A stretch of DNA of 64,000 bases, taken from the NCBI GenBank assembly GCA_964035575.1, contig OZ037834.1:1178001-1242000 (forward strand), written 5' to 3'. Within the stretch, counting starts at the first letter, position 1. Each line of letters starts with the position of its first letter. The notes under the pieces are model-generated. The model worked only from the letters and a program-made list of their open reading frames with translations, made no database searches and had not been told where the DNA came from. The position numbers and the translations under genes were made by a program. The DNA comes from Rhynchopus sp. YZ270_cl-10. Its lineage: Eukaryota. This document shows, piece by piece, positions 11,654 to 23,427 of this stretch.

Positions 11654-12395
11654 TATGTGCTACTCCCGCTTCCACTCATCAGCCAGATGAACGGGGATCA
11701 TTGCAAACACAGGGACGCGAACCCTGATGTAGGAAGAAGAGGGAGAAGACGAATAGACGAATGCCCGTACTCGTACGAGGATAACTACGAAGAAATAGCG
11801 GACCACCAGTGTTACTTGACACAGCACCACGACTCGATAATGAAAGGGGTGGTGTCAGGGCGCAGGCTGCCGCAGTGCACAGTAAACACCGTGACACAAT
11901 TCGAGTGCTGCAGGAAGACGTTCCTGTCGAAACTTGCCTTGGAGACACACAAACGGCGCAGTCAGTGTCACAAACGCGACGGTCGCGGCGGTGGCGGCGG
12001 GGATAAAAAGGTTTTGGGTCAATAATTGAATACGCTTTTTTTTCGTTTCTAAAGAAATGTTGAATATGAATGGACTTCTCTGCACAACCCTAAGGGAAAC
12101 AACGCACATTTCTACAACAAACCTAGACGGCTGTAGAGCCGTTGTAGTAGGCAACCACCCTATAAAGGCTTTTCCCCTGAAGCAACAAAATGTCACATCC
12201 CTTCGCAGTTGCCTCAGTACGCGATTCACAAGATGGACTCTCATTTTGCCAAGACACATTCCCTTCCTTGACAGCAAAGTGCAGCACATCAGTGCCCACT
12301 CTTTCCACTACCCGCACTGCACGCTCGTAATGTTTCCCACACTCAGATTTGTTCGCTATCAGTATTTTTTTTGTGCCAACCCTCCCACAGTTGAC

Positions 12396-14669
12396 CTAGA
12401 CCACCCATCCCATCCCATGCACAACAGGGAAGTCACATTCTCCAAGCACCACCGCTGTCATTGTGGCATCTGTGTTGATTTTCCCGCTTTCAATACGCTT
12501 TGAAACCTCTGCTTGCAGAGATGGGCAGGATACACCCGCTGTGACCAACGCAGCTTCTGCCAACACCAAGCTGCGTGCAGAAACCGTCTTGAGGGCTGCA
12601 TCCTTCGAGGCAACGTGGAGCAACGCTGACAACGTGCTGACATCAAGCCCCAACACCGTACTACGGTGTGCCAGCGCCCACACCGTTGCGTAAATCTGCT
12701 CGACAGAAAGCCCTCCCAATGCAGTGTCTGCCACCACCCCCTTATGCCCCTTCGCCATCAACACCAAACACGCATCACGCAGACCATCCTCCAAACCTAC
12801 TGCACCACACCACAGAACACAGATGGAGAGTTCCATAGGGAGAACACTGCGTTTCGCGTAGGAGGCCACTTTAGAAGAAAGGCGGGGAAGTGCTGAGGCG
12901 ATACAACGTTCCACTACAGCGAGGAGTGATGAGATGGGCAAGCCGGTTCCGTTCTCGTCATCGCGCAGAACAAATTTTGCTTCTTTTCTGAGCCGGAGGA
13001 GCATGATGAGGTGCCTCGCTTCGCTGTGGAGGTGCGCGACCTGTGAAGGTTCAGTCCCTGATGATAGCGCCAACTTTGACAGACATTTCTCGGATAGATT
13101 CAACAGATTTGCCAGCTTTTCACACACCCCCACCACCAACGCTCTCCTCGGCAACACCACACTCCCTACCCCAAAATGCGGTATATAACAAAACGTGCAC
13201 AACACCGCCGAAGCCAAGGCTATCCTCGCCTCCTCCTCTAACACCCCCTTTGGTGAGGTAGACCTCGTTAGGAGGGCCAGGCGGAGCTCTGGTGAATCCA
13301 TTTTAGTAGGTTCCCGAGGTGATGGAAGAAACAGAAAATCAGACAATGACTGTTCCCCTGACGGCAGTCGTGCAACATATGCGGCAGCGAGGAGACGGTG
13401 GTTCGCTTCAACCCCTGGAGGGTATGTCTCCCAAGCACCACGTCGTGCCAGCTCTGCTAGTACAATAAGTACATGGCGTGTTGTGTTGTGCAGTAGAAGG
13501 GAGATGTGTTGTTCGGATTCCAGCATTTTTGTGATTATTTTGCGGAATTTTAGGTCAGAAATACCAAGTATTACTGCAGTTGAAGCATAATACGGTAGAA
13601 GCATGGTACTGATATTGTGTTCCAAAAGAACATCAAAAGTTGCAATGCTCCATTCTTTTTTATCCATCCTCAATCTTTGCAGGATATGAAGCATCTCGAG
13701 GAGAACCAAATCCCTCATTTTTTTGTGTTTTGGATTAAGGATTGAGGCGAGATCTGCCCCTCTCCTTGACACTATCGATTTGAGGGAGAGTTTCGGCATG
13801 CAGGAGAGAAGACGGAGTGCCCCCTGGTGGACGGGGAAGAAGCCCTTTGGGTTTCCTGTAGAGGTGTCTCCTGATGTAGAACGGTGCGCTGCGAAGCGAC
13901 TGTCAAATAGAAGCGACTCCCCCAGCCGTTCTAACACAGCGCTGTAGGTGGAGTCATCCTTCCGTTCTCCCGGTACATCCCATGCCAGCCTTTCTGCCAC
14001 CTCCGCTACTGCCTCCACCCCTTCCACCATGATTTTCGTATCAACAAAATTCGCTTCCACCCATCGAACCAACCCTTTAGACAGCATCGAATAGGTATTC
14101 CGAGGGAGCACACCACATCCACCTACCTGCCCTGCAAAAACAGTTAAGACACGAAGATCTTCAATACGTTTTACATTTTCTGCACAATGCGCGTACAACC
14201 CTTTGAGAAAGGATTTCACCCTCAAATCTGTCGTATTCGAAAGGGCTTGTAGAAGGGTTGTGTCGAGAACGGAGAGGAGTGCGAGAGGTGTCTCGGTATC
14301 GGGTGGGGTGGTGCCTGCGAATTTGAAGGAAGCGTGGGAGAGCGCGGAGGTGGGGTGGTAGCGTGTAGCGCACATTGCGTGGATGAGGGAGAGGGTGGTA
14401 GGGAGGCTGGACGCGGTGTGGCAGCGTTGGGCGAAGCTGCCGTCTTTCATATCCTTCTCCACCTCAGCGCACAACGGCGCGACGTCCCCTCTCCCCGCAA
14501 GCACCCCACCGGGGCCAAACCTCGCCAACACCATTCCCTTCTCCTCCAACGTCAGCCCCCCAGCCACGCAGCCCGCCACAGCACGCCGCACCTTCTCCCT
14601 CGATGAGGTCCTCGTACACTCCAACACCCCACTCAACGCGGGTTTAACCACCTTCCTCCCTACTCGCAT
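12396..14669 (-). CDS. Hypothetical Leu/Ala-rich, probably helical protein
   Basis: 757-aa uninterrupted ORF on the gene-bearing strand; no recognised motif. Confidence 0.75.
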   Translation of the reverse strand: MRVGRKVVKPALSGVLECTRTSSREKVRRAVAGCVAGGLTLEEKGMVLARFGPGGVLAGRGDVAPLCAEVEKDMKDGSFAQRCHTASSLPTTLSLIHAMCATRYHPTSALSHASFKFAGTTPPDTETPLALLSVLDTTLLQALSNTTDLRVKSFLKGLYAHCAENVKRIEDLRVLTVFAGQVGGCGVLPRNTYSMLSKGLVRWVEANFVDTKIMVEGVEAVAEVAERLAWDVPGERKDDSTYSAVLERLGESLLFDSRFAAHRSTSGDTSTGNPKGFFPVHQGALRLLSCMPKLSLKSIVSRRGADLASILNPKHKKMRDLVLLEMLHILQRLRMDKKEWSIATFDVLLEHNISTMLLPYYASTAVILGISDLKFRKIITKMLESEQHISLLLHNTTRHVLIVLAELARRGAWETYPPGVEANHRLLAAAYVARLPSGEQSLSDFLFLPSPREPTKMDSPELRLALLTRSTSPKGVLEEEARIALASAVLCTFCYIPHFGVGSVVLPRRALVVGVCEKLANLLNLSEKCLSKLALSSGTEPSQVAHLHSEARHLIMLLRLRKEAKFVLRDDENGTGLPISSLLAVVERCIASALPRLSSKVASYAKRSVLPMELSICVLWCGAVGLEDGLRDACLVLMAKGHKGVVADTALGGLSVEQIYATVWALAHRSTVLGLDVSTLSALLHVASKDAALKTVSARSLVLAEAALVTAGVSCPSLQAEVSKRIESGKINTDATMTAVVLGECDFPVVHGMGWVV

Positions 14670-15005
14670 TATTCCTCCAAATTACCCCTTCCCCCCCTTA
14701 AGACATTTGATGAATGGAAATGGGGGGGTATGGGGTACACTTTTGGAGGTAAACCTACGGCTGCGGTGGGGTGCCCCCTCTAAACAGACCAAAAGCGGAT
14801 AGATGCCGTATCGCTCCTTTTTGTATAAGCTTTTCTGCCCTTATGTGGTTAACGTTATATTGGTGTGATCACCCAAAACGGATTCTCCGTGGTTCCCCCC
14901 GAAGGTGCTCCGCAAATCTTAATATAGCCCGAAACAGTTCTCCCGTGGTTCTTCCGTGGGTTGTCCGTACCGAATCACACCATATAATATTATATACAGC
15001 TTTTT

Positions 15006-15572
15006 TTAAGAAGGAAGTGATGTAGGCAGCACTGCAGGGGATACTTCATAGAACAGCACCGTACGCGCAGGGGTACACACCGCTGCCATCTGTCGCGGTG
15101 CTGTGTCATCATTGCTTTCTACCCCCAACACCACAGTCTTCTTCTTGCCCCCTTCTTCCCCCTCTCCATCCGCAACCCACGAAGCAGACGGCACCGCACC
15201 ACTACACATATCCCCCGCAAGCAGCGCTATGGGGACAGCTCCATTTCCTTCCATAGGGTGATACACGATGCCGTCTTGTAGGAGAACGTTGTACCCTTCG
15301 GTCACTCTGCCTTTGTCACGCAGGGCTGCGAACACAACATAGCAATGGTCCGGTACTACAGCAAGAACGTGCTGTTCAAGGGCATGCTGGGTGACGACAG
15401 CACCATCCTCCCCGACCACATTCACATAGCCCCGCTCTGCAAGGTAAAGCACCTCCATGAGGCTCACCGTGCCACCAGGTCCTTTGCAGGATTGCTGCAT
15501 AACAGCACCTTTAAATTTCTCTATAGTAGCGCCAGAGGGGCTGAGACGGGCAGTGCAGGCTTTGGTGGCCAT
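15006..15572 (-). CDS. tRNA-splicing endonuclease subunit-like (Sen54/Sen2 N-terminal type)
   Basis: SLMEVLYLAERGYV and YVVFAALRDKG motifs typical of EndA-family N-terminal domains. Confidence 0.6.
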   Translation of the reverse strand: MATKACTARLSPSGATIEKFKGAVMQQSCKGPGGTVSLMEVLYLAERGYVNVVGEDGAVVTQHALEQHVLAVVPDHCYVVFAALRDKGRVTEGYNVLLQDGIVYHPMEGNGAVPIALLAGDMCSGAVPSASWVADGEGEEGGKKKTVVLGVESNDDTAPRQMAAVCTPARTVLFYEVSPAVLPTSLPS

Positions 15573-15681
15573 CGGAGTGAGGTGGTGGTGGGTCCCGGCT
15601 GTGTGGGGAGAATGGTGATAGGGGGGGTGTGTGTTGTGTAAAAATTTGTTGGAGAACTGTTTTGTGTTCGCAGTGTTTTTT

Positions 15682-15874
15682 TCTCCCGACCCTTACGTAC
15701 ACTAAAGGCATATCCGCCAGCATGCATAGCGAGGATGGGTGTAGATAATGTGATATGATGCACTATCAGCAAAGAGAGTCCAAGAAATGGGGTGCTATTT
15801 TATAATTTCGGTTATCTCCCGACCCTTACGTACACTGAAGGCATGTCCGCCAGCATGCATAGCGAGGATGGGTG
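15682..15874. repeat. 60-bp direct repeat pair (15682-15741 and 15815-15874)
   Basis: tctcccgacccttacgtacact(a/g)aaggcat(a/g)tccgccagcatgcatagcgaggatgggtg, two mismatches. Confidence 0.9.
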
Positions 15875-16792
15875 AACTTCATGGGTGAAGTGGAGGAGAA
15901 CGACAAAATGAAGGTGCAAAACATCTCATTGGGCACTGAGAGAAAGAAAACATCGGTTATGTGCAGAGCAGTGCCGGGCAGCTGAAGGGGGTGGCTACAC
16001 CCTGAGGATGTGCGGAGGCACATCCGAACGTGTGACAGCCCTCCGGCTCCAAATGCAGCACCACTTGACAACGGGACTGCCCATCTCCTCATGCCAGACG
16101 AGATAGTTGAGCACGTGGCGTGGATTGGCAAAACTGCAAAGGAGTTAGGGGGACAACGTACCCCGGTTCCCGCAAGGGGCGGCTGTCAATTTGAGGCATA
16201 CTCTTCACTGTTGCGACGGGAGTGCTCCATTCGTGACTGCATGAGGGGGCAAATAAAGGGGGAAGAGGAACGTGCCTTTTTCTTAATAAAAACAAAACAC
16301 CCAATGCTATCGACAGAAAGAAGGGGGAGTCGTGACTAAAGAATCTACTGCAATGATTGACTTTTGATAAATTGGTGGGATTTTTTCCCACTTCTTGCTT
16401 TTAACACCTCCCTTGGACGTAACGGAAGATAGATGTACCGTGGGGTGTCTAACGAAAAGAGGATGTGAAAAGTGCAAACACCTCAACCGGGCATTGGTTG
16501 AATGGCACCCATTGGCACCGCAACACAGTGGAGGGGGGGCACATGACCCTTCTTTTGATAACCTGTGTTGGTTTGCGTGGAGCTGCCAAGACAGACGTCT
16601 TCATTACGACTATTTTCTTTGAGTATGATATGCACTTCACATCACTAAAAGATTGATGTTTGGGGGTGGTGGTATTATGAGGCTAGTCACCACTATTTTA
16701 CAAAACAAAACAAAAAGTGAAGTTGAAAAAGTGCAAACGTCCGTTTTTGTGGTTTGTTCTGTTGTTTTTTTTTTTTTTGTTATAAAGGGCCC

Positions 16793-17964
16793 TTACGCCT
16801 CCTTTCTCCCCAGATCCGCAGCCGCCTTCTCTGCCGCCTTTTCCTTCTGCTTGCGCTTTTTCTCCTTCCGCTGAAGCTCCTTGTCATAAGGCCTACGTTT
16901 GTCAGGGTCGGAGAGGGTTTCGTACGCTTCGGCAACCAACTTAAACGCTTCTTCGCATTCAGCACGTTTCTCAGGCTCGGCAGATGCCCTGTAAGAAGAG
17001 ATAACATGTTTTACTTTTTTTTGCAAATATAAGAACCCCCTTTATCATACCATCTATCCGGGTGATACTTTATCGCAAGGGTGCGGTAGGCCTTCTTTAG
17101 CTCCTCCTCAGTTGCGTCCATCTCGAGTCTCAGTGTGTGGTACAAATTCTCCTGCGAAGTGTACACCTCCTCATCGTCATCGAAGGCAGGTCTGTGTCCG
17201 TACATCCGTTCGAACTCCTCGAAGTAGCGTCTCTCATTCTCGAGCACCTCCATGCACAGCTTGCAGCGCGCCCCCGACACCTTCTTCCACTGCGACTGGC
17301 TGAACTCCACCTTCTTCCAGGTCTTCCCACATTCCTCACACACCCGAGAATTTGCCGTTTCCCGCGCACTCTTTCGGATCCTCTCTATCAACACCTCTCT
17401 CTCCACGGAACACTCCTCCACCGACAGCCCCACCTCCACTCCCAACCCCTCCAATGCTTCAGGTCCAAGCGAGGCTGTGAAAACAGAGGATAATGCACGT
17501 TCTGACAGTGCGCGGAGGGTGAAGGCTGCGTGGACGGCAGCGTGCATCGCCTCGATGGTGTGGGTTGTGATGTTGAGGGTCGTTGCGGCGTCGGTGAGCT
17601 CGGTGGTGAGGGGTGGGGTGGTTGCGCCGTGTGGGACTGCGCGGAGGATGGTTTCCTGCGCGTTGAGGCGGAGACGTGCTTTGGCCTTTTCTGTGAGGGG
17701 TGCGTTCTGGAGGCGTTCGCGTTTGGCTGCTTCGTCGGCAGCGCGTTGCGTGCGTTCTGCCTCCCGTTGTGCCTCCAGCCGTGCTGTGGCAGGTGCCAGC
17801 AGCGCCTCCTCCGCCTCCCTGCACACACTGCACTGTCTGTCCCCGCTCTTCCACACCCCTACAGGGAACCCCGCCTTCTCCTTCGCCTCACCACACTCCA
17901 CGCATTTGCGTGTCTCCGCACCCCCTGCCCCTGGGGCAGCTACAGACGCCTTTTTCTTGCCCAT
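16793..17964 (-). CDS. DnaJ-domain protein with two N-terminal CxxC...CxxC zinc-binding modules; intron 16989-17050
   Basis: Splicing GTATGA...TTACAG joins KYHPDRW to ASAEPEK...FKLVAEAYETLSDP and restores a complete J domain. Confidence 0.88.
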
Positions 17965-19116
17965 ATGAGGGTAGGTGTGTGTATCCCCCCTGTGTGTGTT
18001 TGAAGGTGGTGTGAGGGGTGTTGCAAAGTGGGATGCTTGTCTAGGTGGTGGAGAGGGGGGAAACGGCTAGTGGTGGAAAATATTTGGGGTAATTTTTTTG
18101 TTGTCAAACTGTTGGTTTAGTGTATTTATTTTTGCATGAAAAGCATAAAGTTGATATACAGAGAGGCCTCCAGACTGATTCACGAACAGGGGGGTGTAGT
18201 GGTGCACAACCGCTTATCAGTCGGCGGTCCATCTTCCGCTGAAGAGTTGTGAGCGGTACAGGAACTCCCGTTCGCTGCGCACAAAAAAAAAAAAAAACAA
18301 AAAAAAAAAACTTGGTTTTTTGGCAGCTAGACCTTCCTGCAGAGTATGGGGGTGCATGATCTGCAGGTGGTAATTGTGTAAATAAAGTGTGAAACACAAC
18401 AAATTCAAAAACTGTGGCGAAATTAATAAAACAGCAACAGATGAACACTTATCAAAATAAAGAACAAAGTTCTGCCGGTGGCGAGGAGAAAAACTGGAAA
18501 GGCTCTTTCTTACTTTCCTTCGGTGTTTGGGTATTCCAACCGTGCAGCTGTCAAACCTAAGCTTTCTTTAACTTCAAAAGTCAATTCATTACAACTCAAA
18601 ATGGGGCAAAAGGCACCAAAACAAAAAAAAAAAAAAAACGTTGTATTGCAGAAGTGTTCATGGCCACAAGCCCTGTATCGTTCTTTGCGTCGCTGTGTTG
18701 CTCAGAACATCAGATACATCGTTGCTCGCATGCTGTGTGTACTTTTGCACATTTGACTTGAAATACAAAGCCCTCTCGACAGTGTTCCTATTAAACCTGA
18801 AAACTTTGTTTACATTAATCGTGACGGTCATTTCAAGTAGTGTTTCTCTGCAAAAAAAAATTACAAATAAGAATTGTTGCATGTATTCGTACAGAACTGC
18901 AAATAGATCGATGGAAACTGCCGACTGCCCTCCGTATTTTTCCAGGAACCAGCCATGTACACTTTCAACCTCGGCAAATATTTTTGTTAGTGCAGCCTGA
19001 ACTTCAACTAGAACTGATTATTACAAACTGCCTACAACTGCTTTCGACACTTAACGTCTTTTTTTGGATAGCTTTTTTCGTTTCAATAACATGCCAAGAA
19101 GAACACGCAAGAAGGC

Positions 19117-19419
19117 CTATTCATTGTTGTGGAGACACACTGTGTCTGCACCGGAGCGGCGCCAATAGGTGACACACGCAGCCCAGTCTTTCTCGTTCCC
19201 CACAGTAATGTCATCTCCGTCCTTGTCCGTGTACTTGAAGTCGTACAGGTGGTAAGGCGACCACTCCTCTACCTGCCGCAGCACTTCCTTGTACGATGGG
19301 TTAAGAAGGTACCCCCGCCGTCTCATAATACTCTTGTCGTCCCTCCACACGACCGTGTACTTGATAGGCACCTCATCTTGAGCGTCTGGGAAGACGGCAG
19401 GAGGTGCGCTTGCTGCCAT
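19117..19419 (-). CDS. Small PB1-only protein, array copy 1 (most divergent)
   Basis: 100 aa; OPCA acidic motif YTDKDGDDITVGNEKDW; N-terminal Lys in PIKYT. Confidence 0.8.
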   Translation of the reverse strand: MAASAPPAVFPDAQDEVPIKYTVVWRDDKSIMRRRGYLLNPSYKEVLRQVEEWSPYHLYDFKYTDKDGDDITVGNEKDWAACVTYWRRSGADTVCLHNNE

Positions 19420-19888
19420 GGTGATGTGTAAGGTGTGCTGTGTCGTGTGTGTTCGGTAAGAAGACTTTTTTGGAGAGCAGGTGAGTCGTTCGCAGTGACT
19501 AGGTCGAAAGAAACTTGAAAAACAAAAGCTCTCAGAACACTTGTTACAATGACCGGTGCATCGTGGGCACCATGCAGTCCTACATCCATTTCGTGGTACA
19601 TCTGAAGACGAAAGAAAAAAAATCGGTTTGTTTCTTGATGTGCACCACCTCCCACGTCGTCGCTTAAAACTGTCGACACTTTCCCCCCACAATTACTGGA
19701 CCCATTTTCTGGTCCACATATTTTACGTTTCGGTGCGCTTTTTTCCTTTTGCTCACTTCAGCCCAGATTTCCTTACGTAGCCCTTTACAGACGGATGGTG
19801 GATTCTACTCGGACGGTTTCATTGATTTTTCTTTTGATGGAAATATTTTGTGCGAAATCTTTTCAAATAGTTGATACGCAGTTTCCAT

Positions 19889-20212
19889 TTACCTTGTTAC
19901 CAACGTGAACTTCAACACATTCTTGCCACTGTGGCGCCAGACATGGACGCATTCATCCCAATCCTGCTCAGTGCGAATACCGATATTGTCTCCTTCTTCG
20001 TCTGTGTAGTCCAAGCAGGGTAGGTGCATATTTAAATTTTTCAGCCAGGTCTCGATATCCTTTAACGTGGGGTTGCGGAAGCGCCCCCTCCGGAACTGGA
20101 AATAAGGTTTCTGGCCATTTAAATACTCATGACGCACAGTGACCTTGACTGTTATCTCATCCCCAGTGTACGGGATGACAGCAAGGGGCGGCGCGGATGC
20201 TGGGGCTGCCAT
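19889..20212 (-). CDS. Small PB1-only protein, array copy 2
   Basis: MAAPASAPP...ITVKVT...YTDEEGDNIGIRTEQDW; CCCAACAG acceptor about 15 nt upstream of the ATG. Confidence 0.85.
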   Translation of the reverse strand: MAAPASAPPLAVIPYTGDEITVKVTVRHEYLNGQKPYFQFRRGRFRNPTLKDIETWLKNLNMHLPCLDYTDEEGDNIGIRTEQDWDECVHVWRHSGKNVLKFTLVTR

Positions 20213-20641
20213 GATGTGTGGATATGCTGTTGGGTAGGAGGGGTGTTGAACATGCAGACAACCTCCTTCATGCATGCGTGCACTGCAGTGTGGGCATGAG
20301 CAATAGGGAAGTGAAGCACTGCGAAAGGTGTACTGAGGGTGGTGGTTCGATTATGTAGTGTAGTAGTGAACTCTTTATTGTCATGATGGCAACATCTCAG
20401 AGCTCGGTATTATTAGGATAATAGCAACCGGCAAACCTAATTTCAAATACCTCCAACAAAATATTGGCCTATTTTTAGTCTCGTTAGCCTATTCTTGAAA
20501 GCTAAAACAGGCTCGTATCTGAGACTAATAAACCATTAGCATCCAATAACTTACCAGCTGTGATTGATTACTGACCTATTTTCTGGTCCACATATTTTAC
20601 GTGTACGGTGTGTCTCTTCCTATTGCTTCACCAAATTTCCT

Positions 20642-21028
20642 TTACGTGGTCCAGATGGGTGACCTCTCAACACGCATCGCGATCCTTATCACATCATTTC
20701 CACTGTCGCGCCAGGCATAGACGCATTCATCCCAATCCTCCTCAGTGCCCATAGAGATGTTGTCTCCGTCTTTGTCTGTGTAGTACGGAGCGTTTTTGGG
20801 AGCGTTTTTGGAGGCTTGTTGCAAGGTGTTCAGCCACTTCTCGATATCCTTCAACGAGGGGTTGCGGAAGCGCCCCCTCCGGAACTGGACAGAAGTTTTC
20901 GTTCCCTGGATAAGTGCCCTACCAGGGTAGTAATATGGAGTAGCAATATGCAAAGTGGCCTTGACTGTTATCTCACCCCCAGTGTGCGGGATGACAGCGA
21001 GGGGCGGCGCGGATGCTGGGGCTGTCAT
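20642..21028 (-). CDS. Small PB1-only protein, array copy 3
   Basis: YTDKDGDNISMGTEEDW OPCA motif; paralogous to neighbours. Confidence 0.85.
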   Translation of the reverse strand: MTAPASAPPLAVIPHTGGEITVKATLHIATPYYYPGRALIQGTKTSVQFRRGRFRNPSLKDIEKWLNTLQQASKNAPKNAPYYTDKDGDNISMGTEEDWDECVYAWRDSGNDVIRIAMRVERSPIWTT

Positions 21029-21385
21029 GATGTGTGGATAGATGAGATGCTGATGTATAAGGGGGGGAAGTGTTTGACATGCACCGGACAACCCCCTTCA
21101 TAAAACTGAGGGGGGTTGTAAGCAGGAACATAAAAATGAAAGGATGCAAAGATGTGGGGGTGGGAGCGGGAATTCTGTTTTTGCTTAGCTCCTTCCGTAT
21201 GGGAAAAGAAAGGGGAAAAGAACAAAAAAAATCTAAGCATTGGGTATCAGCCCAAGGCAAAAAACACACAGGGAGACCACTTATTCTTGTGGCATCACCT
21301 CCCAAACCTTCACCGTTCCCCCTTCTAGGAATACAAAATCCTAATTTTTCCAGCTACCCAGCCATGGCAGTCCACCTCCTGTACC

Positions 21386-21545
21386 TGATGTGTGGATATG
21401 CTGTTGGGTAGGAGGGGTGTGTGACATGCAGACAACCTCCTTCATGCATGCGTGCACTGCAGTGCTGGCATGAGTAATAGGAAAGTGAAGCACTGAACGT
21501 GCAAACGCCTCACCGTACATCGGCGGGCGTTGCACATAGTTAACG
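21386..21545 (-). pseudogene. Orphan PB1-gene leader whose CDS has been deleted
   Basis: Leader tgatgtgtggatatgctgttgggtaggagg... is fused directly to spacer sequence gtccacctcctgtacc with no CDS between. Confidence 0.7.
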
Positions 21546-21699
21546 GTGTCAAATGTTGAAATACTGTAGCAACCTTGCACTCTGTTTGTTTAGCTTATTC
21601 TATATCTGGAAAAGGGCGAAGCAAACCAATCCGAAGAAAAAAGCATTGGGCCTTTCAAAACACACATACACACCCACCCATATGGGCCATGGTTCGCTC

Positions 21700-22050
21700 T
21701 TAGGCACTACCCACTTTGCTTTCAACATTAATCGCGATCGCGAGCCTGATCACATCACTGTGGCGCCAGGCATGGACACATCCGTCCCAATCCTCTTCAC
21801 TGAATATAGAGATTGTGTCTCCCTCTTGGTCTTTGTAGTACGGAGCGTATTTGTGAGTGTAGCCTGGCGAGGTTAGCAACCATTTCGTGATATCCTTAAA
21901 CGAGGGGTTGCGGAAGCACCCCCTCCGGAACCAGACAGAAGGTTTATTTTTGGCAGGCCCCCCAGCATCATGCAAAGTGACCTTGACTATTATCTCATCT
22001 TTAATGTGCGGGATGACAGCGAGGGGCGGCGCGGATGCTGGGGCTGTCAT
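21700..22050 (-). CDS. Small PB1-only protein, array copy 4
   Basis: YKDQEGDTISIFSEEDW. Confidence 0.85.
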   Translation of the reverse strand: MTAPASAPPLAVIPHIKDEIIVKVTLHDAGGPAKNKPSVWFRRGCFRNPSFKDITKWLLTSPGYTHKYAPYYKDQEGDTISIFSEEDWDGCVHAWRHSDVIRLAIAINVESKVGSA

Positions 22051-22856
22051 GATGTGTGGATAGATGAGACGCTGATGTGTTGGAAAGTGTTTGACATGCA
22101 CCGGACAGCCCCCTTCATAAAACTGAGGGGGGGTTGTAAGCAGGAACATAAAAATGAAAGGATGCAAAGATGTGAGGGGGTGGGGTGGGAATTCTGTTTT
22201 TGCTTAGCTCCTTCCGTATGGGAAAAGAAAGGGGAAAAGAACAAAAAAAATCTAAGCATTGGGTATCAGCCCAAGGCAAAAAACACACACAGGGAGACCA
22301 CTTATTCTTGTGGCATCACCTCCCCAAACCTTCACCGTTCCCCCCTCTTGGAATACAAAATCCTGCTTTTTTCCAGCCACCCAGCCATGGCAGTCCACCT
22401 ACCTGTACCTCATACAATAGGTGCCAGACACTACCAAAACCAGATAGTTCCACAGAGACCCCTACAGGAAACTGCCAGCAGTCCACCACTGCCTCGAGCA
22501 GTGCAACCGTGCTACGTAGAACAAACAAGAGAACGCCTGGAGCAGTCAGTGCATAGGCTGCTACCGTTTGCATCAGCAGTGAGCCAAATGTTATCTCGAC
22601 AATCGTCCAAGGTGGAAACCTGGCATCTGTACTCAAAGTTGGCCAAAGTCTGGCTTGGCTTTTTACAAAAAAAGGATGGTGGTTAGAAACATGTGGAACA
22701 GAGAGCCAAAAAGCAACCCTGTTCACAGAGAACAGATGCAATCCCACCAAAAAAAGGACACGAAAAGCTCATACACGCCAGACAGGAAAGATTTTCGTGA
22801 TCACCTCGCACGGACCTCTCCAAGTTGAGAATTTATGGTTTCGATATTTTCCCAGT

Positions 22857-23201
22857 TCAGTCTGTGTCCGAGTCCGCAGGCGTCCACGTGAGTTTCAACA
22901 CCGTATCGCCACATTCGCGCAAGTCATAGATGCATTCATCCCAATCCTTCTCATTGAATAAAGAGATCTCGTCACCTTCTTCATCTATGTAGACCAGCGC
23001 GTATTGGGGATCGTAGTCTTCCGAGTCTGCCAGCCACTCCTTGACGTCCTCCAACGTGGGGTTGCTCAAGCGCCCCCTCCGGTGCTGGACATAAGTTCCC
23101 TCGCCATATGACTTCGGAATGTGCAAAGTGACCTTGACTGTTATCTCATCCCCAACGTGCGGGTTGTCAGCGAGGGGCGGCGCGGATGCTGGGGCTGCCA
23201 T
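22857..23201 (-). CDS. Small PB1-only protein, array copy 5
   Basis: YIDEEGDEISLFNEKDW. Confidence 0.85.
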   Translation of the reverse strand: MAAPASAPPLADNPHVGDEITVKVTLHIPKSYGEGTYVQHRRGRLSNPTLEDVKEWLADSEDYDPQYALVYIDEEGDEISLFNEKDWDECIYDLRECGDTVLKLTWTPADSDTD

Positions 23202-23398
23202 GATGTGTGGATATGCTGTTGGGTAGGGGTGTTTGACATGCAGACAACCTCCTTCATGCATGCGTACACTGCAGTGCTGGCATGAGCAATAGGGAAGTGA
23301 AGCACTGTGAAAGGTGTGCTGAGGGTGGTGGTTCTACAACCTCCACATACAAGCTCCACTGTCTTGGGGAATTTCATCAGAGACAAATCACAGTGGTA

Positions 23399-23427
23399 AG
23401 ATGAACGTGCCTCTCGTGCACACATCT
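23399..23427 (-). repeat. Hairpin element subfamily A-prime copy
   Basis: agatgaacgtgcctctcgtgcacacatct; also near 23806, 26445, 61644 and 62581. Confidence 0.8.

Noticed and set aside
20213..20275. Upstream in-frame ATGs (MHEGGCLH...) as PB1 starts
   Set aside because: They lie upstream of the CCCAACAG acceptor-like site and are not in frame or conserved in all copies.
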